A stretch of DNA of 64,000 nt from Bacilli bacterium (GTDB lineage: Bacteria; Bacillota_I; Bacilli_A; RFN20; CAG-826). Of the stretch, positions 1 to 6,727 are shown in pieces (position 1 is the first letter of the stretch; each line of letters opens with the position of its first letter). The DNA is taken from positions 3,642 to 67,641 of the forward strand of contig JBGUIX010000014.1 of the NCBI GenBank assembly GCA_045113315.1. The letters run 5' to 3'. The position numbers and the translations under genes were made by a program. The notes beneath the pieces are model-generated. The model was not told where the DNA came from. It searched no databases and saw nothing but the letters and a program-made list of their open reading frames with translations.

Positions 1-886
1 TCATGAATGTTCCACCAAAAGTAATGCATAGAGGAATGGTCCTTTTTGCATCTCTTCCTGCAAGCAATCTAACAATATGAGGAATGACTAACCCAATCCA
101 AGAAATGGTTCCGCAGAAACATACGGATATGGCGGTCAATACTGTCGCAAGAACAATAATCAATCCGCGATAGAAATTGTAGTTGATACCCTTTGTTTGA
201 GCTTCAGCCTTTCCTTGATTAACGAGATTAATTGGATGAGAGATGAGTAATAAGACAACAACACATACAATCACCACTCCCATGAGGATGTAGTCGCGTT
301 TCATATCTGCGCTTTCAAATGAACCCATAAGCCAGTATGTAATGCTCGCCAATGTGGTTATGTCGCTTGAGAAGTATTTAATCATTGATAAGATAGCGGA
401 CATGAATCCACCAACAATGATTCCAGATAATAGCAATATGGTTGATGATCCGTTTCTAAATAGCTTGGATACCATCACTGTAACAAAGACAGTTAATAAA
501 CCCATCAAGAATGCAAATACACTAATCAAAGCAGATGATAATCCTAGAACTATTGCTAGAGCAGCACCAACAGAGGCACCAGTACTAACACCAAGCAAGT
601 CAGGAGACACCAGTTTGTTCCTGAATGTCTCTTGATATAACAAGCCTGATAAAGATAGTCCGATACCAACAAATGCTGCCATTATGGTTCTAGGAAATCT
701 TAGATTCACTATGATGCTTCTTTGAGTATCTAAAGCGCTATCACTAGTGAAGATAGCTTTAAAGAAATCGTCAATTGCGATTTTATATCTTCCTAGCATT
801 AATGCTAAAGCGAAGACAACAACGAAAACCGCTATCGATATTCCGAATGATATCCAAGTCCTTCTTTTTAAGACTTTCTCATTCAT
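1..886 (-). CDS. FecCD-family ABC transporter permease (iron-siderophore/B12 type), 3' end truncated by window edge
   Basis: Not in ORF track because it has no stop inside the window. My own minus-strand translation from ATG at 886..884 gives MNEKVLKRRTWISFGISIAVFVV... with many TM helices and FecCD-like motifs. The ATG overlaps the stop of the upstream binding-protein gene (TAATG). Confidence 0.7.
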   Translation of the reverse strand, partial: MNEKVLKRRTWISFGISIAVFVVVFALALMLGRYKIAIDDFFKAIFTSDSALDTQRSIIVNLRFPRTIMAAFVGIGLSLSGLLYQETFRNKLVSPDLLGVSTGASVGAALAIVLGLSSALISVFAFLMGLLTVFVTVMVSKLFRNGSSTILLLSGIIVGGFMSAILSMIKYFSSDITTLASITYWLMGSFESADMKRDYILMGVVIVCVVVLLLISHPINLVNQGKAEAQTKGINYNFYRGLIIVLATVLTAISVCFCGTISWIGLVIPHIVRLLAGRDAKRTIPLCITFGGTFM

Positions 887-1950
887 TAGTATAACGAGCC
901 ACCTTCTGGATTAAGTCCATTGAGCATATAAGAAACTTGATCATCAGTTACGTCAGTTCCAAAATACTCTTTAACGGTTGTTTTAACCATGCTTGAAATA
1001 TCATATGAGAAATACTCAGGGTAAATCTTATTAGCTTGGTCATAGAAGAATATTGGAGTCATAGCGGATAATTGTTCAAAAGCAGTAAATCCGATTGGGA
1101 TGTTATAGACTTTATTGTTTTTGACCGCATCTAAATTAACATAGGGTTCTTCTGTTTTGAGAGCATTGATGTTTTTGTTTTGATATTGACCACCACATAC
1201 AAAGATATCTGGGTTTTGAGATACGATTTCTTCTTTGGAAGGTTGATTTGTTGTTAAGGACGCGCCGATAAAATCAAATCCTAAAGATCTATATGCGTAT
1301 TCAGTGAAAGATCCTTGGGTGTCAGTATAACCAACACCTTTATCTTTATCTCCACGGACATAAAATACTTTCTTTTTGGTTATATCGTGCTTAGCTAGCT
1401 CAGTAGTTACTTCACTAATTGCGGTTGTGACTTTGTTTTCCCAAGCTGCTGCTTTTGCTTTGATATCATCGCCGTCCCAAATCTTAGTGACTAATTGAGA
1501 TAAGAACGTAACATAATTATCAAATGTTGGATTTCCATATAAGGAAACACATAAAGCAGGCACACCGTGTGCGTTTAAATCATCAGCAATGTACTTTTCG
1601 GGAGCGAATACTAAATCCACCCCTCTTGATAAGAAGAGCTCACTGCTATTCTGATACTCATATACATAATGATTTTTACTTTCTGGGTAAATAAGAGGTA
1701 CCCAATCATTATTTAATGTGCCCTTATAAGCTCCATCAATTTTATCTCCAAGACCATATGCTACTAATAAGTCATATGTTGTTCTTGAGACACAAGCTAC
1801 CTTTTTAGGGTTTTTGTTGATGGTTATGGTTGTGCCGACCATATCGGTTACAGATATTTGTTCTTGTTTTTCACCTTTATTAGAGCAACCTGTAATAGCT
1901 CCAATTGAGGCAAGTGCTACTAAGAGTGGCACGAATGTCTTTTTATACAT
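886..1950 (-). CDS. ABC transporter substrate-binding lipoprotein (iron-siderophore/cobalamin binding family)
   Basis: 354 aa; lipoprotein signal with lipobox (LVALASIGAITGC); periplasmic binding protein class III-like sequence; translationally coupled to the FecCD permease downstream. Confidence 0.75.
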   Translation of the reverse strand: MYKKTFVPLLVALASIGAITGCSNKGEKQEQISVTDMVGTTITINKNPKKVACVSRTTYDLLVAYGLGDKIDGAYKGTLNNDWVPLIYPESKNHYVYEYQNSSELFLSRGVDLVFAPEKYIADDLNAHGVPALCVSLYGNPTFDNYVTFLSQLVTKIWDGDDIKAKAAAWENKVTTAISEVTTELAKHDITKKKVFYVRGDKDKGVGYTDTQGSFTEYAYRSLGFDFIGASLTTNQPSKEEIVSQNPDIFVCGGQYQNKNINALKTEEPYVNLDAVKNNKVYNIPIGFTAFEQLSAMTPIFFYDQANKIYPEYFSYDISSMVKTTVKEYFGTDVTDDQVSYMLNGLNPEGGSLY

Positions 1951-1968
1951 AAAAGAGTCCCTTTCTGG

Positions 1969-2068
1969 CGATTAATAATTCAATAACCTTATGGCCGGTA
2001 GATACGGTACCGAGACAAATAACGTATCTAGTCGTTTCAATTAATTATTAATCTACCGATATTATATC
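1969..2068 (-). promoter_or_regulatory. Promoter (extended -10 TGaTATAAT at 2060..2068, minus) plus two 15-nt GATTAATAATT(A/C)AAT operator-like palindromes (2038..2052 and 1969..1983)
   Basis: Minus strand reads ttgatgTGaTATAATatcggtaGATTAATAATTAATTgaaac. The 7-1-7 palindrome GATTAAT-A-ATTAATT sits at about +1..+15. A second copy lies ~55 bp downstream in inverted orientation, and both are in the 5' UTR of the iron ABC operon. Confidence 0.4.
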
Positions 2069-2209
2069 ACATCAATTGATGTATCTCGTTAAGTAATAAG
2101 GCTTGGCACCCACCCTAACGCCGCTATTAGGATGGAATGCCGGGGTGTAAAAGAAAGGAGGTGTAAATTTTCAGAAAGGAGGAACGAATATACAACGCGG
2201 CTCTAGTAG

Positions 2210-2386
2210 TTAATCTTTTCTAGGAAGACAAGCTACGATGATTAATCCAATAAGGCCTAAGAATAAGCCTCCGAAGAACCATCCCACTACGCTTCTGTTT
2301 TTATATCCAGCGATAATTGGACAAGCGATCATGCTGATGACTGTGTTAATAATTCCTAATACTGTGATTACTGGTGAAATTTCCAT
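2210..2386 (-). CDS. GlsB/YeaQ/YmgE-family small membrane protein (transglycosylase-associated protein family)
   Basis: G-rich TM motif GWFFGGLFLGLIGLIIVACL. Probable start is the internal ATG at 2386..2384, giving 58 aa; this ATG overlaps the HicB-like stop (TAATG). Confidence 0.5.
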   Translation of the reverse strand: MEISPVITVLGIINTVISMIACPIIAGYKNRSVVGWFFGGLFLGLIGLIIVACLPRKD

Positions 2387-2754
2387 TAGCAATAAGCTCC
2401 TTCTTGCATTAAGTGAATGCATAAATATCCGTTATCATCTTCTTCTAGGATGTATCTAGAACCACCAAATGCATCTTTAACTTCGTATTCAGGGTTTTCT
2501 TCAAGATATTCATCGATCAATTTGGATGATTGTTTTGTGGCATTATCGATTGACTCTAATTTGTAATCCCCAATGCCTATCACTGTTTTTTCAATCAATG
2601 GGAGATGAACCACACATTCATATATCCCTTTCTTGTTTAATGTTGGTTCAAGGACTGATTGGCCATCTTCATCGGCTTGAGCAATCCAATTCAATGTTTT
2701 AATGACTTCTTTTGCTTCAATTTGTTTCATTTTGTTTTCTGCTTTCTGCCTCAT
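2386..2754 (-). CDS. HicB-like / UPF0150 family protein (RNase-H-like fold antitoxin-type domain), no HicA partner seen
   Basis: Start moved to the internal ATG (MRQKAENKMKQIEAK...). The sequence AQADEDGQSV...Y.C.VHLPLIEK...ESIDNATKQSSKLIDEYLEE fits the HicB N-terminal pattern (xEDGxY...PxLP....ExxxNAxxxxxExLE). The C-terminus carries a second EEDDNGYLC repeat. Confidence 0.45.
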   Translation of the reverse strand: MRQKAENKMKQIEAKEVIKTLNWIAQADEDGQSVLEPTLNKKGIYECVVHLPLIEKTVIGIGDYKLESIDNATKQSSKLIDEYLEENPEYEVKDAFGGSRYILEEDDNGYLCIHLMQEGAYC

Positions 2755-2774
2755 GGCTCCTATATAGTAAATTG

Positions 2775-2816
2775 AAAAAAATCGACAAAATGAAAATGTC
2801 CCAAAAAACGGGACAT
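2775..2816 (-). terminator. Rho-independent terminator of the HTH/ATPase cassette
   Basis: Hairpin atgtccc-aaaaaac-gggacat at 2796..2816, followed on the minus strand by a U-rich run (plus strand 2771..2795 is A-rich). Confidence 0.5.
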
Positions 2817-2842
2817 ATAAAAAGTGGCAACCGCCACCGATG

Positions 2843-3064
2843 TTACTCGATAACGATTGCCTTAATTCCGAGTTTCTTGCATAAGTAGACAAGGATATCC
2901 ATGTCAACAAATTTGTTGTGCTCGTTGATTATGCGACTAAATGCCTTACGGCTGATGCCGATTTCTTCAGCAAGCTTGGAAACGGATAGCCTATTATCTT
3001 TAATAAGCTCTCGGATTTCTTCCATAACATTAGTGGAAGAGCATGTGCCAGTATTGAAGCCCAT
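2843..3064 (-). CDS. XRE-family helix-turn-helix transcriptional regulator (73 aa)
   Basis: Start at ATG 3064, preceded by GGAGGAGG 8 nt upstream. HTH segment LSVSKLAEEIGISRKAFSRIINE. Has its own extended -10 (TGaTATAAT, minus 3133..3125) in the 66-nt gap after the ATPase gene. Confidence 0.7.
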   Translation of the reverse strand: MGFNTGTCSSTNVMEEIRELIKDNRLSVSKLAEEIGISRKAFSRIINEHNKFVDMDILVYLCKKLGIKAIVIE

Positions 3065-3088
3065 ATAGCAGTACCTCCTCCACACGTT

Positions 3089-3133
3089 TATTTCTAAACA
3101 AAGGAAATACCCACTGGCTCACATATTATATCA
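3089..3133 (-). promoter_or_regulatory. Promoter (extended -10) and 6-bp inverted repeat TATTTC-N9-GAAATA in the HTH gene leader
   Basis: Minus strand reads gagTGaTATAATatgtgagccagtgggTATTTCctttgtttaGAAATAaacgtgtGGAGGAGG. The inverted repeat lies between -10 and RBS, a typical autoregulatory operator position. Confidence 0.35.
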
Positions 3134-4300
3134 CTCATCTACTTTTGATTTAATTACAGTTCTTAAAAACTCTATTGATTTAACAACCTCTTCTTCTGTT
3201 GGTGCCACTCCATCTTTTGGATGATGGAAGTAGTTTCTTATATAAACAGGTAATGTGCGATACGTATTAACTTTATATTTAGTAGCTCCAACCCAAACCT
3301 TTCCATATTCTTGCTTTGTGTAAAGCGGATGGGTTCTTACAGTTTTATCTATATCGGATATAGCCTCAACTTCATACAAATCAGCCATTCTGGTTAATAA
3401 TTGGTCATGATAATCCATTGATGGAATATGGAAGACTACATAATCTAACTCAGCAAATGTTGGAGTAGGTAAACGTAGGTCCATTTCATTAATTGCTTCA
3501 GTTTTTATTTCTCCATCCTTTTTGGATAATCTAACAATCAATACATCATCTCTAGCAATTAATGACTCAAGCACTTTTTCAGAGTGTGTAGCCAAGAAGA
3601 TTTGCGGAACATTGCCATCGACATCAGTAAGCATTAGTTTAATAAGATTAACGATTTCTTTTTGCCATCTTGGATGAAGTGATGTTTCTGGCTCATCCAA
3701 AAGAACACAATCGGTGCCAGATGCCATTTTTCTGATATCTTTTATTTTTAATAAAATTTCTTGTTGCCCCGATGAATAGTTGGTGATGTTATAACCGTGA
3801 TCTTTTCCATCAATCTTTTTGGTGACTTCTCCACTACACCATACTTCATCTATGTGGTTTTCTTTAAAGATTTGAGTGATTTCGTCATCACCAAGTTTTT
3901 CTAAAAGTTTAATGCCTTCATTAATACGATTAACTGCATTATTGCTTCTTAAACCAAATGGGTTTGCTCCACCAGTATAGGTGGCACTATTCGTTGGATA
4001 CATGTCTTGGCCATCAATCAGCTTTCTGACTTCTTTCATGGCGTTTCTATGAAGACTTCCTTGTCTAAGATAAAGAGCATCAAATGGCTTAGGAACTATT
4101 GTATAAGGCGTTTGTTTATCAACGATAAAATCAGACTTTTCATAGTTAAAAATCTCATTCAATATAGTTGTTTTGCCACATCCGTTTTCACCAACAAAAG
4201 CCACCACTGCATATGGTTCATTTGTTTTAGGATTGATTAAATCTAATTCAAGGTTCTTTAATATTGGATGATTCTTAATTTTTAAATGAGATAAATACAT
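3131..4300 (-). CDS. AAA_21/AAA_15-type (OLD/AbiEii/ABC-like) ATPase with unassigned ~130-aa C-terminal domain
   Basis: 389 aa. N-terminus MYLSHLKIKNHPILKNLELDL is typical of defence-type SMC/RecF-like ATPases. Walker A GENGCGKTT, signature SSGQQ, Walker B/D-loop VLLDEPETSLHP, H-loop LATHS. RBS AGAGGAG, 11 nt after the upstream gene. Confidence 0.8.
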   Translation of the reverse strand: MYLSHLKIKNHPILKNLELDLINPKTNEPYAVVAFVGENGCGKTTILNEIFNYEKSDFIVDKQTPYTIVPKPFDALYLRQGSLHRNAMKEVRKLIDGQDMYPTNSATYTGGANPFGLRSNNAVNRINEGIKLLEKLGDDEITQIFKENHIDEVWCSGEVTKKIDGKDHGYNITNYSSGQQEILLKIKDIRKMASGTDCVLLDEPETSLHPRWQKEIVNLIKLMLTDVDGNVPQIFLATHSEKVLESLIARDDVLIVRLSKKDGEIKTEAINEMDLRLPTPTFAELDYVVFHIPSMDYHDQLLTRMADLYEVEAISDIDKTVRTHPLYTKQEYGKVWVGATKYKVNTYRTLPVYIRNYFHHPKDGVAPTEEEVVKSIEFLRTVIKSKVDE

Positions 4301-4311
4301 ACACGTCTCCT

Positions 4312-5157
4312 CTATTCATAGAAGAAAGGCATCTTCTTTTTAAATTCTTCTTCTGGCATTAGTTGTTTTGCACCAGGAGGTAATACAAGCACCACTTTTT
4401 CTTTCGTGGTTAAATTGTGTCCTTCAACCCAAATGATTGAATATTGAGCATAAAGATTGAGATTCATAAAGAATGCAAAGATAATCGCACCCAAGAACGC
4501 TGTCTCCATAACTGTTGCTAAGATTTGGTTACTTTTACCCAAGCCGGCCCAAATACAAATGATATTGCATGGTACCGATATAATGGCTAGCCATTTAAAG
4601 ATTCTAAATACTATCTTTTCTTTTCTCGGGAATTTCATTCCTAATTTATCAGTTTCATATTTATAAGATGAATTAGAAGCTAATACATTCACCTCATAAG
4701 TTAATTGGGCTTTGCAGGCATAAACGAGATAGATAATGCCAAATACCATCCATGCATTTTCGAAGAATGTAAATGTGCTGTACATCTTAAAACAGATTGT
4801 TGAGATGATGGATGTGACGAGTCCTACTATTAATAGTATTAATAAAGATATAATAGCTAGCGTTTTCCACTTACTAAATTCTGATCTGGTTCCAAACCAT
4901 CTCCAGCTCTTTTTAGACTGCTTTAAAAATGTTTGAAGAATATCGTTTTGAGTTGGTTTAGGTTGAGTGGCATTGGGAGCAACTGTTTTAGGTTGAGCTG
5001 ATTGCCTTTTTAAATTTTGTATTTCTTTTTCTAATTCAGTAATTCTATCATCTGAATCACTTACTTGGGTTTTAACGCCGGTGATCTCGTTTAAAAGCTC
5101 AGCCTGATTAGCTGAAATATCGTCTAGCATCCCAAATAGATTTCTCTCGTCTGACAT
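4312..5157 (-). CDS. Hypothetical membrane protein: N-terminal cytoplasmic coiled-coil (~95 aa, Pro/Gln linker) plus 4 TM helices
   Basis: 281 aa; heptad-like segment ITELEKEIQNLKRQ; four hydrophobic segments; no recognisable catalytic motif; first gene of the ATPase cassette. Confidence 0.55.
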   Translation of the reverse strand: MSDERNLFGMLDDISANQAELLNEITGVKTQVSDSDDRITELEKEIQNLKRQSAQPKTVAPNATQPKPTQNDILQTFLKQSKKSWRWFGTRSEFSKWKTLAIISLLILLIVGLVTSIISTICFKMYSTFTFFENAWMVFGIIYLVYACKAQLTYEVNVLASNSSYKYETDKLGMKFPRKEKIVFRIFKWLAIISVPCNIICIWAGLGKSNQILATVMETAFLGAIIFAFFMNLNLYAQYSIIWVEGHNLTTKEKVVLVLPPGAKQLMPEEEFKKKMPFFYE

Positions 5158-5253
5158 ATTTACTATTTTATCTTATTAGATATTTCTCTTAAATGATATT
5201 AAAAACACATGTTACCACTAACAACCCTAGATATAGGCTATCAATAGGCATAA

Positions 5254-5280
5254 TTACTTAATACTGTTAGTATTAAGTAA
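5254..5280. promoter_or_regulatory. Perfect 12-bp inverted repeat TTACTTAATACT-GTT-AGTATTAAGTAA upstream of the cassette (candidate operator)
   Basis: Read directly from the sequence; lies between the rlmD 3' end and the cassette start; no U-run follows, so unlikely to be a terminator. Confidence 0.35.
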
Positions 5281-5345
5281 AAGTGGCATTCATGGGTCAT
5301 GTCTTTATTCAAAAATATAGATTTTTTATTATAAATAAACAGGTT

Positions 5346-6683
5346 TTATTTCCTTAAAATCAAGCCAACGATTGTCTCCACGTGTGCGGTCATCGGAAAC
5401 ATATCTACAGGTTGAATATAATTAACATCATAATACGGTGAAAGATATTTTAAATCTCTGGCCAATGTTTCTGGATCGCAAGAAATATAGATTACTTTTT
5501 TAATCTTTTTATTAATTAGTGTTGATAGAAATTTATTATCGCTACCCTTACGTGGAGGATCCATGATGACCACATCAATATCTCCTTCATAGCTAGCGAT
5601 ATATTCTCCAGAATCTCCACAAAAGAAACTAATGTTTTTAACATTATTTCTCTTCGCATTTTCAATAGCGTTTTTATGAGCGCCTTTCACTATTTCTATA
5701 GAAAGAACTTTCTTCGCTTTTTTTGAGGCGATTAAACCGATAGTCCCCACTCCTGAATAAGCGTCTAAAACAATTTGATTTTTGTCATTATCTAGTAACT
5801 CTAAAGCAGTGTTATATAAAACTTCAACTTGCTCAGGATTAACTTGGAAGAAGCTGGACGCGGATATTTCAAAAGTTAATCCACATATATCATCTTTGAT
5901 GAATCCTGGACCATATAATATCTTTTCTTTATTACCCAAAATAACATTCGTGTGTCTAGAATTAACATTCTCCACGATTGTCGTGATTTCAGGATGTAAT
6001 TTAATTAATGAATCAATAAAATTTCTTTGATTTGGGAAATTCATTATAGAGGTCACAAGGACCACCATTAGTTCATCGTAATGATAACTTGTTCTGATAA
6101 GAACATATCTTAAGATACCTTTCCCAGAATCTTCGTTATAAATAGGTATATTAAATTCTTTTAATAAACCTTTGATATCCCATAAGATAGGCGCAGCTTT
6201 TTTATTTTCAATCGCGCATTCTTTTGTGGGAATAATCTCATGACTATTTTCTTTATAAAATCCATAAACAATATTACCTTTCTTGTCTTTAGCAAAAGGA
6301 ACTTGGATTTTATTACGGTAATTATATGGGTGCTTTGCGCCGATACATTTTTCAACTTTTGTCTCTAATCCGGCGATACGTTTTATAGCTTGTTTGACAC
6401 GATTAGTTTTATATTCGATTTGCTTATTATAATTAATCTGTTGATATTGACATCCCCCACACGCGGTACAAATCTTACATTTTGGTTGTATTCTATCTTT
6501 AGATAGAACATGTAACTTTCTCACTTTGCCAAAATAGACTCCCGCACGATGATAAAGTATTTCAATATCAGCTTCCTCATTAACAAATAATCCATCGACA
6601 AAAACGATGTCTTTTCCGTATTTAACAACGCCTTTACCTTCGGATGATATATCGACACAACGACCTTTAAAAATCTTGCCCAT
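5346..6683 (-). CDS. rlmD: 23S rRNA (uracil-5-)-methyltransferase RlmD/RumA family (TRAM domain + 4Fe-4S + SAM MTase)
   Basis: 445 aa. TRAM-like N-terminus, Cys cluster CKICTACGGCQYQ, methyltransferase motifs (DAYSGVGTIGL, MDPPRKG). Confidence 0.8.
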   Translation of the reverse strand: MGKIFKGRCVDISSEGKGVVKYGKDIVFVDGLFVNEEADIEILYHRAGVYFGKVRKLHVLSKDRIQPKCKICTACGGCQYQQINYNKQIEYKTNRVKQAIKRIAGLETKVEKCIGAKHPYNYRNKIQVPFAKDKKGNIVYGFYKENSHEIIPTKECAIENKKAAPILWDIKGLLKEFNIPIYNEDSGKGILRYVLIRTSYHYDELMVVLVTSIMNFPNQRNFIDSLIKLHPEITTIVENVNSRHTNVILGNKEKILYGPGFIKDDICGLTFEISASSFFQVNPEQVEVLYNTALELLDNDKNQIVLDAYSGVGTIGLIASKKAKKVLSIEIVKGAHKNAIENAKRNNVKNISFFCGDSGEYIASYEGDIDVVIMDPPRKGSDNKFLSTLINKKIKKVIYISCDPETLARDLKYLSPYYDVNYIQPVDMFPMTAHVETIVGLILRK

Positions 6684-6727
6684 ATTTTTTCTATTACATT
6701 ATAATGTAGACACAAAATACTTACATT

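Noticed and set aside
342-635. 97-aa plus-strand ORF
   Set aside because: Lies antisense inside the FecCD permease coding region, whose minus-strand translation is clearly protein-like. Spurious.
2097-2150. T-box-like AGGGTGGGTGCC in GC-rich element 1
   Set aside because: Only a partial resemblance to AGGGUGGNACCGCG. No stem I or specifier context and no aminoacyl-tRNA synthetase or amino-acid gene downstream. Kept only as an unexplained structured element.
2238-2459. 73-aa plus-strand ORF
   Set aside because: Antisense to the GlsB-like/HicB-like genes; low-complexity translation; no RBS.
5254-5280. 12-bp palindrome as the rlmD terminator
   Set aside because: AT-only stem with no U-run on either strand; an operator is more likely.
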